Source: Holophagales bacterium (lineage in GTDB: Bacteria; Acidobacteriota; Thermoanaerobaculia; Multivoradales; Multivoraceae). From it: a DNA stretch of 64,000 bases. Below are positions 1 to 9,631 of the stretch, piece by piece. The notes beneath the pieces are model-generated. The model did no database searches. It was not told where the DNA came from and worked only from the letters and a program-made list of their open reading frames with translations. The stretch lies in contig VXZQ01000004.1 of the NCBI GenBank assembly GCA_009845425.1, forward strand, positions 140,585-204,584, read 5' to 3'. Both the position numbers and the translations under genes were made by a program. Each line of letters starts with the position of its first letter. Positions within the stretch are counted from its first letter, which is position 1.

Positions 1-995
1 AACGGCACCGCGAAGTCGCCATGCAGCAGGACGTGGTGCACGTTCTTCTCGAACAGATCGCCGCTGTACCAGACGGTTAGGTGCTCCGCGAACGTGAAGT
101 AGCCCCAGACCAGGGACATCGTCACGAACAGGAGCCCCAGGTTGTTGAAGACCCGGTCGGTCAGGAAGCGCTCGAGCGCGAGGCCGCGCCGGAGCAGCGC
201 CATCGCGATCATCAGCACCGCGATCCCCGAGAAGATCGCGCCGACGACGAAGTACGGCCCGAAGATCGTGCTCTTCCAGCCCGGCGTCTGGGTCATCGCG
301 AAGTCCCAGGACACGATCGTGTGGACCGAGACGGCAACCGGGATGATGGCGACCGCCAGAATCCGGATGCCCCACTCCAGGCTGTGCCACTGCTGCGCCG
401 TGCCGCGCCAGCCGAGCGCCAGGACCGCGTAGAAGCGCTTCTTGATGCCCGCCGCCGCGCGGTCCCGCATGACCGCCGCGTCCGGGATCAACGGCAGGAA
501 CAGGTAGAGCGCGCTGCCGATGATGTAGGTCGTGATCGCGGCGATGTCCCACACCAGGGGCGAACGGAAGTTCGGCCACAGCATCCGGCTGTTCGGGTAC
601 GGGATCATGTAGTAGAAGATCGTCACCCGGCCGAGGTGGATGAGCGGAAACAGGCCGCCGATCGCGAGCGCGAACAGGGTGATCGCCTCGGCCGAACGCG
701 TGACCGGCCGCCGCCACTCCGCCTTCGTTACCCGCAGGATCGCCGAGATCAGCGTGCCGGCGTGGCTGATGCCGATCCAGAAGACGAAGTTGATGATGTA
801 GAAGCCCCAGAACACCGGCCGGTTGATACCGGTGACGCCGATGCCGTTCGCGATCTGGTAGCCCCAGCAGTAGAAGAAGACGAGGACCAGGGCACCGCTG
901 GCGAGCGAGCCGATGAGCAGACCTGGACGTCGCCGGTCGAGACGGCCGAGCAACTCGCCGTCGAGCGCCTTGGCACCGGCCTGGGGCCGACCCAT
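1..995 (-). CDS. actC: Alternative complex III subunit ActC (NrfD/PsrC-like polytopic membrane subunit). The 3' end runs off the window.
   Basis: This gene is absent from the ORF track because it has no stop inside the window. My reverse-strand translation from the ATG at 993-995 gives MGRPQAGAKALDGE...GINRPVFWGFYIINFVFWIGISHAGTLISAILRVTKAEW..., a multi-TM NrfD-type sequence. The ATG overlaps the TGA of the upstream Fe-S subunit (TGATG). It follows actA/actB. Confidence 0.85.
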   Translation of the reverse strand, partial: MGRPQAGAKALDGELLGRLDRRRPGLLIGSLASGALVLVFFYCWGYQIANGIGVTGINRPVFWGFYIINFVFWIGISHAGTLISAILRVTKAEWRRPVTRSAEAITLFALAIGGLFPLIHLGRVTIFYYMIPYPNSRMLWPNFRSPLVWDIAAITTYIIGSALYLFLPLIPDAAVMRDRAAAGIKKRFYAVLALGWRGTAQQWHSLEWGIRILAVAIIPVAVSVHTIVSWDFAMTQTPGWKSTIFGPYFVVGAIFSGIAVLMIAMALLRRGLALERFLTDRVFNNLGLLFVTMSLVWGYFTFAEHLTVWYSGDLFEKNVHHVLLHGDFAVP

Positions 996-1696
996 CACTC
1001 AGCAGGCTCCCGCCATTCCGTACCGCTCAGGTAGACGACGCCGGGCCGCGTATCGAGATCGCCGAGCAGGCTGAAGGCCCGGGGCGACTCGGCCCACCTG
1101 GACACCTCGCTGTCCGGATCGTCCAGGTCGCCGAAGGCGATCGCCTTCGTCGGACACGACTGCTGGCAAGCGGTCTTCACATCGCCGTCCGCGACCTCAC
1201 GCTCTTCCTGGGCCGCCTCGTCCTTTCCGGCCTGAATGCGCTGGACGCAGAACGTGCACTTCTCCATCACGCCGCCGGGGCGGACGCTGACGTCGGGGTT
1301 CAACTGGGAGTCGAGCGGCGCCGGAAACTCGGCGTCGAACCAGTTGAAGACGCGCACGGTGTACGGGCAGTTGTTGGCGCAGAACCGCGTGCCGATGCAG
1401 CGGCTGTACACCATCGCGTTCAGCCCTTCCGGATTGCGGTACGTGGCGTAGACCGGGCAGACCGGCTCGCACGGCGCGGCGCCGCATTGCTGGCAGAGCA
1501 CCGGCATGAAGCGGGTGCGGACATCGGGGAACTCACCCTCGTAGTAGCGCTCGATCCGCAACCAGTGCATCGCCCGGCCCTCACGGGCCTGTTCCTCGCC
1601 GACGGTCTGGATGTTGTTCTCGGCCGCGCAGGCGACGACGCAGGCCTCGCAGCCGGTGCAGCGGTCGAGATCGATGGCCATGCCCCAGCGCGTCAT
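995..1696 (-). CDS. actB2: Alternative complex III Fe-S subunit (ActB2 part), a 4Fe-4S ferredoxin-type protein like PsrB/DmsB.
   Basis: 233 aa with several Cys clusters: CTGCEACVVAC, CQQCGAAPCEPVCP, CIGTRFCANNCP, CTFCVQR...CQQSCP. It has a 4-nt overlap with the upstream molybdopterin-like subunit. Confidence 0.9.
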   Translation of the reverse strand: MTRWGMAIDLDRCTGCEACVVACAAENNIQTVGEEQAREGRAMHWLRIERYYEGEFPDVRTRFMPVLCQQCGAAPCEPVCPVYATYRNPEGLNAMVYSRCIGTRFCANNCPYTVRVFNWFDAEFPAPLDSQLNPDVSVRPGGVMEKCTFCVQRIQAGKDEAAQEEREVADGDVKTACQQSCPTKAIAFGDLDDPDSEVSRWAESPRAFSLLGDLDTRPGVVYLSGTEWREPAE

Positions 1697-3984
1697 GCCT
1701 TCCCCCCATCATGCGGCGCCCAGCCGACCGGTATCTCCTCGGCCTGCCGCAGGCCGCGCCCATAGATCACCGGCCGCTCGCTGCGGCGAGGCCGGCGCAG
1801 TCTCTCGATCCGCACCCGGACGCCGCTCCGCGCGAACGCGCCGGCGCCAGCGACCCGGCGGTCCGGATCGAGTAACGAGTTCACGTTGACGCCCCGGCCA
1901 CGGGCGTAGCGGCCGTAGTCCGCGTGACCGCCGCCAACCGGCACACCGACCGAACCGGGTCGCACCGTCGGCAGCACGATCGCCGGCAATTCGATCTCGG
2001 CCGCGGTACCCGTCAGCCGCACGATGTCGCCCGTGCGAACACCGAGACGGTCCGCGTCCTCGGTGCCGACCTCGGCCCACGACCCCCACATCACGGTCGA
2101 CAGCGGGTCCGGCAACTCCTGCAGCCACGGCCGGTTGGCGCCGCGGCCATCGGCCAGCTTCAGCGACTCGAACGGAATCAGCGTGAAGGACTCGACGCCC
2201 GCCGGAGCGGCCGGCGCCGGCAGCGAAGCCGGATCGACGATCCCGACCGGCACGTCGGCCCGGGCGTCCGGAACCGGCGCGCGTCTCATCTCCTCGGTCC
2301 CCACGAGGCCGCCGGCATCCGTCGTCCGGCGCACGAACTGCCGGGCGTTCAGCGCGCCGGCGATCAGCGAAGCCGGCAGGGCCGCCGGGTCGCTCGCCTC
2401 GTCACCGGCCGCCCTCGTCGCCGCGAAGGCGTCGCTCAGCGCCGACTCGACCGCCTCCTGGAAGCCGGGCCAGGGCAGAGCGCTACCGGCGGCCGCGGCC
2501 AGGGCCAGCGCCACATCGCCGGGATGCCGCGCCTCGCCGCGCGGCGCCACCGTCGGCGAGGCGACGAGCAGGGCCGGAACGCCGCGCACCGGGTCCGGCT
2601 CCACGGCCTGGAAGCGCTCCAGGTCCGTCTGGACCGGCAGCACGACATCGGCCCGCAACGCGGTGTCGTCGAAGAACGCGGAGCAAGCGATCACCGTGTC
2701 GGCATGCTCGAAGGCGGCCTCGAGCCCCGGCATTCCGTGCAGCGGGTCGGCCTCCGACACGACGAGAACGCCCGATCCGCCGTCGCCGGCCAGCCGCTCC
2801 GCCAGCGCCGCAGGCGGCAACGCCGCGGCGGCGTCGCCGGCCAGCCGGTCCTCGAAACCGAAGTCGACGCCGGCGAAGACACCGCCCTCGCGACCCACCG
2901 AATCCAGCAGCAGGTTGAGCGCCAGCGCGGCGGCGCCCGCGGCGACGCCGTTCTCGCCTTCGAGCGCCGATCCGCCGGCCATCACCAGCGGCCGCCGGGC
3001 ACGGGCAAGCTCGGCGGCAAGCCGCTCGATCCGGCCGGCGTCGATACCGCAGCGCTCGGCAGTCGCCGCGAGGTCGGGCGGCGCTCCGGGATAGAGCGCC
3101 TCGTAGGCCGCCCGCCCTTCCTCGCCGACCGCTCCCGATCCGAGCAGGAGTCCGGCGAGCCCGCGCGCGAGGAACCCCTCGCTGCCCGGCCGCACCGGCA
3201 GCCAGTCGTCGGCGTTGGCGGCGGTCAGGGAGTGCCGCGCTTCGACCTGCACCAGCTTGCCGCGCCGGTCGGCCGTGAGTTCGGCCCAGGCGGCGCCCAA
3301 GTGGACGGGACTCCGCCACCGGTCGAGGCAGGGAGCGCCGACAGAGACGACATAGTCGGACCGCGCCAGGTCATAGGCCGGCCGGGTCGATTCACCGAAC
3401 GCGAGCCGCGCGGCCTCCCGCTCGACGACCGCGTCGGCCGGCTGCCAGTGAACCGGCGGCGGCGTACCGACCGTCGCCGCGAACCGCCGCCACAAACCGA
3501 GGAGCGGTCCCGACGGCGCGCCCGCGACAATCGTTGTCGCATCAGGCGCGGCCGCGATCGCCGTCGCCGCGGTTTCGAGCGCCTCCTCCCACGAGACAGG
3601 CTCCAACTCGCCCGAGGACCCCCGTCGCATCGGCTCCGTCACCCGGTCCGGGTGATACAGCTCCTGCAGCGCCGAGTGCCCCAGCGCGCAGACGCCGCCC
3701 CGGTTGACGAAGCCGGACGGCAACCCCTCGATCTTCTTCGCCAGCCGGTCGACCGTCCGCACTTCGATCTCGCAACCGGCGCCGCACTGCTCGCAGATCG
3801 AGCGGCGCCACACCGAGGCGCCGGGCAGAGCCGTACTCCGCCGCACCGGTGACTCGATCAGCTCCTGATCACGCCGCCGACAGCCCTGAAGCACCGCCAC
3901 GCCCGCCGCGGCGTAGACCTTGAAGAAGTCCCGCCGCCCGATCGTCACCCGGGGTTCGCCGCGCTTGCCGTGGCCGCCGCTCAT
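1693..3984 (-). CDS. actB1: Alternative complex III molybdopterin-oxidoreductase-like subunit (ActB1 part), Tat-exported.
   Basis: Twin-arginine motif GRRDFFKVYAAAG, N-terminal CEQCGAGC cluster, and about 760 aa with the general look of a molybdopterin oxidoreductase. The likely ATG at 3982-3984 overlaps the actA TAA by 1 nt; the ORF track extends the gene to a GTG at 3996. Confidence 0.85.
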   Translation of the reverse strand: MSGGHGKRGEPRVTIGRRDFFKVYAAAGVAVLQGCRRRDQELIESPVRRSTALPGASVWRRSICEQCGAGCEIEVRTVDRLAKKIEGLPSGFVNRGGVCALGHSALQELYHPDRVTEPMRRGSSGELEPVSWEEALETAATAIAAAPDATTIVAGAPSGPLLGLWRRFAATVGTPPPVHWQPADAVVEREAARLAFGESTRPAYDLARSDYVVSVGAPCLDRWRSPVHLGAAWAELTADRRGKLVQVEARHSLTAANADDWLPVRPGSEGFLARGLAGLLLGSGAVGEEGRAAYEALYPGAPPDLAATAERCGIDAGRIERLAAELARARRPLVMAGGSALEGENGVAAGAAALALNLLLDSVGREGGVFAGVDFGFEDRLAGDAAAALPPAALAERLAGDGGSGVLVVSEADPLHGMPGLEAAFEHADTVIACSAFFDDTALRADVVLPVQTDLERFQAVEPDPVRGVPALLVASPTVAPRGEARHPGDVALALAAAAGSALPWPGFQEAVESALSDAFAATRAAGDEASDPAALPASLIAGALNARQFVRRTTDAGGLVGTEEMRRAPVPDARADVPVGIVDPASLPAPAAPAGVESFTLIPFESLKLADGRGANRPWLQELPDPLSTVMWGSWAEVGTEDADRLGVRTGDIVRLTGTAAEIELPAIVLPTVRPGSVGVPVGGGHADYGRYARGRGVNVNSLLDPDRRVAGAGAFARSGVRVRIERLRRPRRSERPVIYGRGLRQAEEIPVGWAPHDGGKA

Positions 3985-4535
3985 TACCGGTGGCACTCCA
4001 GACAGTCGTCACTGGCCTCGTTCTCGCGGTGACACTCGACGCACCAGCCCATGTCCGCCACATTGCGTACCGGCTCGGCCACCGTCATCGAAGCCACGTC
4101 GCCGTGGCACGTCAGGCACTCGATACCCGCCCGGGCATGGGCCCTGTGGTTGAAGTGCACCATCGCCGAGTCGGGAATCACGTTGACCTTCGCCCACAGG
4201 ATCGGCTCCCGGTTCTCATTCGCGAGCATCACCTTCTGGACCTCGGGGTGGTCCGGAATCTCCCGCCGATGGCAACCCGCACAGGACTGCACCGACGGCA
4301 TCCCCGCATGAACCCCTTCCTCAGCACCCCGATGGCAACGAACACACTCCAGCCCCGCCTCGATGTGGACCTGGTGGTCGTAGGCGATCGGCTGCTCGGG
4401 GGTCGGCAGGTTCTGGGTCGGGCCGCAGGCGAACAGGGCGAGTCCCAGAATCCAGATGCCGGCGGGAAGGCCGGCGCACCGACAGTCCGGCCGCGCCCCG
4501 GGCGGGTACAACCGACGACGCTGCGCCTCAGCCAC
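3984..4535 (-). CDS. actA: Alternative complex III pentaheme cytochrome c subunit ActA (lipoprotein-like signal).
   Basis: Five CXXCH motifs (CVRCH, CAGCH, CLTCH, CVECH, CLECH). The N-terminus has a hydrophobic stretch and a LFAC lipobox. GTG start at 4533-4535. The gene order actA-B-C is typical of ACIII. Confidence 0.85.
   Translation of the reverse strand: MAEAQRRRLYPPGARPDCRCAGLPAGIWILGLALFACGPTQNLPTPEQPIAYDHQVHIEAGLECVRCHRGAEEGVHAGMPSVQSCAGCHRREIPDHPEVQKVMLANENREPILWAKVNVIPDSAMVHFNHRAHARAGIECLTCHGDVASMTVAEPVRNVADMGWCVECHRENEASDDCLECHR
4447..4490 (+). repeat. REP-like GC-rich hairpin repeat, copy 1, lying inside the 5' coding region of actA.
   Basis: The sequence agaatccagatgccggcgggaaggccggcgcaccgacagtccgg differs from copy 3 (19447-19490) at only a handful of positions. 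It shares the core TGCCGGC-N4/5-GGCCGGCGCACC with the copies at 17378-17418 and 51543-51572. Confidence 0.7.
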
Positions 4536-4545
4536 CGCGGCCGCC

Positions 4546-5157
4546 TCAGACCTCGCGGATCCGCTCGTACGAGGGGACTTCCTGCAGGCCCGTCCAGTAG
4601 CGCCGGACGTTGTCGCCGAAGTCGTCGATGCCGAGCGAGGCCGCGAGCTTCAGGCCATAGCCGACGCAGATGTCGGCGATCGTGAAGCGGCCGCAACACA
4701 GAAAGTCGCGGCCGTCCGAGGTGGCCGCCTCGACCAGCCGCAACCGGCCCAGGAACCATCTCCGGTAGTCCTCAGCGACCTGCGGGACCCGGCGTTCCTC
4801 GGGCTCCAGCCGCGTGTAACGGAGGAACAGCGTCTGCGGGAAGGTCAGCGTCGCGTCGCTGTAGAACAGCCAGTTCAGGTACGCGCCGTACTCCGGGTCG
4901 TCCACGTCGACGGCGAGCGGCGTCGGGCCGTAGCGGTCGACCAGGTACTTCGCGATCCCCGAAGACTCTGTCATGTGAACGTCGCCGTCGATCATGTAGG
5001 GAACCGTGCCGAGGAGGTTCGTGCCGAGGTAGTCCTTCTTGAACACCCGCGGCGGGAAGGGCAGGACGTGCAGGTCGTAGTCGAGGCCCATCTCCTCGAG
5101 CGTCCAGACAGCCCGCAGCGAACGGGCCCCCTGACAGTGGTAGAGCTGAATCGTCAC
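4546..5157 (-). CDS. Glutathione S-transferase.
   Basis: TIQLYHCQGARSLRAVWTLEEMGLDYDL...GTVPYMIDGDVHMTESSGIAKYL reads as a thioredoxin-like GST N-domain followed by a helical C-domain. The GTG at 5155-5157 overlaps the upstream stop (GTGA). The ORF-track extension to 5334 would overlap the crotonase gene. Confidence 0.8.
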   Translation of the reverse strand: MTIQLYHCQGARSLRAVWTLEEMGLDYDLHVLPFPPRVFKKDYLGTNLLGTVPYMIDGDVHMTESSGIAKYLVDRYGPTPLAVDVDDPEYGAYLNWLFYSDATLTFPQTLFLRYTRLEPEERRVPQVAEDYRRWFLGRLRLVEAATSDGRDFLCCGRFTIADICVGYGLKLAASLGIDDFGDNVRRYWTGLQEVPSYERIREV

Positions 5158-5957
5158 GAGGACTCCCCGCCGGATCCGACGGCCGCCGCCCAGCTCGGCT
5201 TGCGCTTCTCGCGGAAGGCCGCCATGCCCTCCGCCGCCTCCTCGCTCTGGAACATGCGCCGGCTCCAGCCCTGGGTCAGCTCGAAGCCCTCGGCGAGCGA
5301 GATGTCGGGGACCGCTCGCACCAGCTTCTTGCACTCGACGACCGCGTTCGGGCCGCCCAGGTTGATCGCGTCGATTTCCTCCTGGACCGTCGCCATCAGT
5401 TCGTCACGGGGCACCGACTTGTGGGCGAGGCCGTACTCCACCGCCTGGCGGCCGCTGAACCGGTCGCCGGTCAGGAACAGCCGCATGCCGTGGTGCGGCC
5501 CCAGCTTGCGCAGGCAGACGACCGCGATGATCGCCGGGATGACGCCGATCCGCACCTCGCTGAAGCTGAACATTGCCTCTTCGGCGGTGATCACGAGGTC
5601 CGATGCCGCGACCATGCCCAGACCGCCGGCGAAGGCATGGCCGTTCACGGCGGCGATCACCGGCTTCTCGCCCTCCCAGATCGCGGTCAGTACGTCCGGG
5701 TAGGGCACGATCCGCTCCGGCTCGCTCTCGCCCGGCTGCCGTTTGAGATCGGCGCCCGAGCAGAAGCCCTTGCCCGCGCCGGTGATCACGATCGAGCGCA
5801 CGCTGTCGTCGGCCTGCGCCGCGGCCAGGTGGTCATGGACCTCCGTCACCAGCGTGGGCGACAGCGCGTTCCGCCGTTCCGGACGGTTCAGCGTGATCCA
5901 GGCGGCGCCGCTCCTGACCTCGTAGAGCGTGCACTCCGTACCAGGCTGGTTCGACAT
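5154..5957 (-). CDS. Enoyl-CoA hydratase/isomerase (crotonase family). By context it is probably methylglutaconyl-CoA hydratase.
   Basis: WITLNRPERRNALS...ITGAGKGFCSGADLK...AAVNGHAFAGGLG are crotonase signature blocks. It lies directly downstream of the biotin carboxylase genes. Confidence 0.85.
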   Translation of the reverse strand: MSNQPGTECTLYEVRSGAAWITLNRPERRNALSPTLVTEVHDHLAAAQADDSVRSIVITGAGKGFCSGADLKRQPGESEPERIVPYPDVLTAIWEGEKPVIAAVNGHAFAGGLGMVAASDLVITAEEAMFSFSEVRIGVIPAIIAVVCLRKLGPHHGMRLFLTGDRFSGRQAVEYGLAHKSVPRDELMATVQEEIDAINLGGPNAVVECKKLVRAVPDISLAEGFELTQGWSRRMFQSEEAAEGMAAFREKRKPSWAAAVGSGGESS

Positions 5958-5988
5958 GCGGATCCTCCTCGCGTCAACGTATCGCGAC

Positions 5989-8019
5989 CTAGACGGCGTC
6001 CTCGGCGATCACGACGAGCAGCTCGCCGTTCCCGACCTGCTCGCCCTCGGCGACGCGAAACTCCGAAACCGTGCCCGGTGCCGGCGCCGTCACGCGGTGC
6101 TCCATCTTCATCGCTTCCAGAACCAGGAGGAGTTGACCCGACTCGACCCGATCCCCGACCGCGGCGTGGGTCGTGATCACCTTGCCCGGCATCGGGGCGG
6201 TCAGACCGCCGGCGACGGCCTCGAGACCGGCGACCGGGAAGCGGGGCAGTTCCCGCAGTTCGACGTCGCCCTCCGGGCCGTGCACGAGCCAGCGGTCGCC
6301 ACGGGAAGTGACGGTCGATCGCAGCCTGCGTCCGTCGATGACGACCTCGACACCGTCCCCGGTGCGCCGCCGGAGCTCGACCGCGTGCTGGCTCGGCTCG
6401 CCGTCTCCCGGCGTGGCGCGAGCATCGAACCGGCCGTCGCGCTGGATCCGGTACTCGATGCGCAGCGCGTCGCCGGCGCCGGTCTCGAAGTCGGTCCGCT
6501 CGTAGGGCATGACCGTGTTGCGCCAGCCGCTCGTGATCGTCGGATGGATCCGTGCCGCCTGCCTGCGATCGTGCTGGGCGGCCATCGCCGCGCAGATTCC
6601 CGCGGCGACCACCTCGCCGGCGGACGGCAGGTGCACGGGTTCCGGCGCCACGCGCTCAATGAAGTCGGTCGTCGTATCGCCGGCCAGAAACTCGGGCGAC
6701 CGCAGCGTCGCGACGAGGAAGTCGCGGTTCGTCCGGATGCCCTGCACACGCGTCGTCTCGAGCACCCGGGCGAGCCGGAGCGCCGCCTCGCGCCGGCTCG
6801 GCGCGCCGACGATGACCTTGGCCAGCATCGGATCGAACTCGATGCCGACATCGCTGCCGCTTTCTATGCCCGAGTCGAAGCGCGCGTTCGTTCCCGCCGC
6901 AGGCTGCCACCGCTCGATCCGCCCGGTCTGGGGCAGGAAGTCGTTCGCCGGATCCTCCGCGTAGAGCCGCGCTTCGATCGCGTGGCCGTCGATCGCCAGG
7001 TCGTCCTGGCCGAAACCGAGAGGCTCCCCCTGAGCGATCCGCAACTGCTCGCGGACCAGGTCGAGTCCGGTGATCTCCTCGGTGACCGGATGTTCGACCT
7101 GCAGGCGGGTGTTCACCTCCAGGAACCGAAAGTCGGTCGGCGCCGAGCCGTCCGCCGGCTGCTCGACCAGGAACTCCACCGTGCCTGCCGAGCTGTAGCC
7201 GATCGCCTGTCCGGCGGCCACCGCGGCGGCACCCATGCGCGCCCGCAGGTCCTCGCTTACCACCGGGGACGGTGCCTCCTCGATGATCTTCTGGTGGCGA
7301 CGCTGGATCGAGCACTCCCGCTCGAAGCAGTGCACCAGGTTGCCGTGCAGATCGCCCAGGATCTGGATCTCGACGTGGCGTGACGAGGCCAGCCAGCGTT
7401 CGAGGAACACGGTGCCGTCGCCGAACGCGGCCTCCGCCTCGCGGCGCGCGCCCTCGACGGCTTCGGCCAACTCGTCTTCCGACTCGACCACGCGCATGCC
7501 GCGGCCGCCGCCGCCCGCCGCCGCCTTGACCAGAACCGGGAAGCCGACTTCCGCCGCCGCCGCGGCCAGGCCGGCGTCTTCGTCGAGTTCGACGGCCTGA
7601 AGCGTGGGCACGTCCGCCTTGCGCATCAACTCCTTGGCCGAGAGCTTGTCGCCCATCGCGCCGATAGCCTCGGGCGACGGGCCGACCCAGATCAGACCGG
7701 CCTCGGTCACGGCCCGGGCGAAGTCCGCGTTCTCGGACAGGAAGCCGTAGCCGGGGTGGATCGCGTCGGCGCCGGTGCGCGCGGCGGCGGCGAGCACCTT
7801 GCCGATGTCCAGGTAGGTCTCCGTTGACGACCGCCCGTCGAGCGCGATCGCTTCATCGGCCTCGGCCACGAAGGGCGCATCGGCGTCGCCGTCGGCATAG
7901 ACCGCGACCGTCGCGATGCCCATGTCGCGCGCCGAGCGGAAGATCCTCCGCGCGATTTCACCGCGGTTGGCGACCAGGAGCCGGGTGATCACGCCGCCGT
8001 TACATCCTGAAGACGGCAT
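5989..8019 (-). CDS. Biotin-dependent acyl-CoA carboxylase alpha subunit (biotin carboxylase plus BCCP), of the methylcrotonyl-CoA or geranyl-CoA carboxylase type.
   Basis: LLVANRGEIARRIFRSARDMGIATVAVY marks an ATP-grasp N-terminus, and the C-terminal LVLEAMKMEH is the biotinyl-Lys motif. The true start may be the GTG at 7992, which would remove the 20-nt overlap with the beta subunit. Confidence 0.9.
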   Translation of the reverse strand: MPSSGCNGGVITRLLVANRGEIARRIFRSARDMGIATVAVYADGDADAPFVAEADEAIALDGRSSTETYLDIGKVLAAAARTGADAIHPGYGFLSENADFARAVTEAGLIWVGPSPEAIGAMGDKLSAKELMRKADVPTLQAVELDEDAGLAAAAAEVGFPVLVKAAAGGGGRGMRVVESEDELAEAVEGARREAEAAFGDGTVFLERWLASSRHVEIQILGDLHGNLVHCFERECSIQRRHQKIIEEAPSPVVSEDLRARMGAAAVAAGQAIGYSSAGTVEFLVEQPADGSAPTDFRFLEVNTRLQVEHPVTEEITGLDLVREQLRIAQGEPLGFGQDDLAIDGHAIEARLYAEDPANDFLPQTGRIERWQPAAGTNARFDSGIESGSDVGIEFDPMLAKVIVGAPSRREAALRLARVLETTRVQGIRTNRDFLVATLRSPEFLAGDTTTDFIERVAPEPVHLPSAGEVVAAGICAAMAAQHDRRQAARIHPTITSGWRNTVMPYERTDFETGAGDALRIEYRIQRDGRFDARATPGDGEPSQHAVELRRRTGDGVEVVIDGRRLRSTVTSRGDRWLVHGPEGDVELRELPRFPVAGLEAVAGGLTAPMPGKVITTHAAVGDRVESGQLLLVLEAMKMEHRVTAPAPGTVSEFRVAEGEQVGNGELLVVIAEDAV

Positions 8020-9631
8020 AGCCCTTCGCCCCCTCGACGGCCCGGCTGTGGCAGGCCGACAGCGAAAGACCGAGCACAGTGCGGGTGTCGCGCGGGTCGA
8101 TCATCCCGTCGTCGGAAACCCGGGAGGTCGCATAGAGACCCAAAGAGCGCTTCTCGGCCCAATGGATGACGCCGGCGGCCCGCTTCCTGTCCGCCTCCTC
8201 GTCGAAAGGGATCCCGCGCCGTTTCGCGGCCGCCCGGGTGACGATCGTCATCACACCGGCCATCTGCTCCGGGCCCATGACCGCGATCTTCGCTGTCGGC
8301 CAGATGTACGTGAAGCGGGTGCCGTACGCGCGGCCGCTCATGCCGTAGTTGCCAGCCCCGTACGACGCGCCGACAATCACGGACAGGTGGGGCACGGTCG
8401 AGTTCGAGACGGCGTTGATCATCTTCGAGCCGTTCTTCGTGATGCCACCCTGCTCGTAGTCCGTGCCGACGATGTAGCCGGTGATGTTGTGCAGGAACAG
8501 CAGAGGAACGTCGATCTGATTGCAGAGCTGGATGAACTGGGTCGCCTTCTCCGCCGACTCCGAGAAGAGCGCGCCGTTGTTGCCCAGGATGCCGACCGGA
8601 TAGCCGTGGATCGAGGACCAGCCGCAGACGATCGTCGGCCCGTAGAGTGGCTTGAACTCCTCGAAGCGCGAGCCGTCGACGATCCGGCCGATCACCTCCC
8701 GGATGTCGAGCGGCGAGCGCAGATCGCGTGAGACGAGGCCGAGCAGCTCCTCCGGATCGAGCACCGGCTCGTCGGGCGGCAGGCTCGGGCCGGGACCTTC
8801 CTTGCGCCAGTTCAGGTGGGCGATGACGTCGCGGCACAGGCGGATGCCGTCCATCTCGTCCTGCGCCAGGTAGTCGCCGAGGCCCGAGATGCGACAGTGC
8901 ATGTCGGCACCGCCGACGCTCTCCGGCTCGGCGTCTTCGCCGGTCGCCATCTTGACCAGGGGCGGGCCGCCGAGCGAGACCATCGCCTGGTTCTTCACGA
9001 AGATGTTGTAGTCGCTCATTCCCGGCTGATAGGCGCCGCCCGCGGTCGAGGCGCCGAAGACGATCGACACGGTCGGAATGCGCATCTTCGAGAGTTCGGA
9101 GATCTCGTAGAAGAGGCGGCCGGACTCGGCGAAGTGCCCGAGCGCGCGCTTCGTCTGCGCGTCCGGATCGTCGCCCGTGTTGCCGCGCAGGTCGGCGCCC
9201 GCGGACTCCACGAACTGGACGTAGGGCAACCGGTTGATCCGCGCGATCTCCAGGCCGCGCATCAGTTTCTTCGAGTTGAACTCGTTGAAGGCGCCGGCCC
9301 GCACGGAAGGGTCGTGGCCGAGGACCACGCACTCCGTCCCCGAGATGACGCCGACACCGAGTACGAAGCCGGAGCCGACCGTGTAGTACGAGTTCCAGGC
9401 CGCGAGCGGCGAGATCTCGAGGAACGGGCTGTCCCGGTCGAGGGCGTTCGCCACACGCTCGCGCACCGGCAGCCGGCCGCGGCTCCGCAGGCGGTTCATC
9501 GCCTCCGGCCCGCCGCCGCCGGCCACCTGCTCGAGCAGGTCGTTCACCTGGTCCAGCTGTTCCAGGATGTCGGCTCGGTTCTTCCTGAACTGCTCCGAGC
9601 GAACGTCGACGTTGGATCTGAGAGCCTGCAT
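8000..9631 (-). CDS. Acyl-CoA carboxylase carboxyltransferase (beta) subunit, of the methylcrotonyl-CoA carboxylase type.
   Basis: 543 aa with a carboxyltransferase look: GRLPVRERV..., GAFNEFNSKKLMRG, TVSIVFGASTAGGAY, SVIVGASYGAGNYGM. Confidence 0.9.
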   Translation of the reverse strand: MQALRSNVDVRSEQFRKNRADILEQLDQVNDLLEQVAGGGGPEAMNRLRSRGRLPVRERVANALDRDSPFLEISPLAAWNSYYTVGSGFVLGVGVISGTECVVLGHDPSVRAGAFNEFNSKKLMRGLEIARINRLPYVQFVESAGADLRGNTGDDPDAQTKRALGHFAESGRLFYEISELSKMRIPTVSIVFGASTAGGAYQPGMSDYNIFVKNQAMVSLGGPPLVKMATGEDAEPESVGGADMHCRISGLGDYLAQDEMDGIRLCRDVIAHLNWRKEGPGPSLPPDEPVLDPEELLGLVSRDLRSPLDIREVIGRIVDGSRFEEFKPLYGPTIVCGWSSIHGYPVGILGNNGALFSESAEKATQFIQLCNQIDVPLLFLHNITGYIVGTDYEQGGITKNGSKMINAVSNSTVPHLSVIVGASYGAGNYGMSGRAYGTRFTYIWPTAKIAVMGPEQMAGVMTIVTRAAAKRRGIPFDEEADRKRAAGVIHWAEKRSLGLYATSRVSDDGMIDPRDTRTVLGLSLSACHSRAVEGAKGYAVFRM

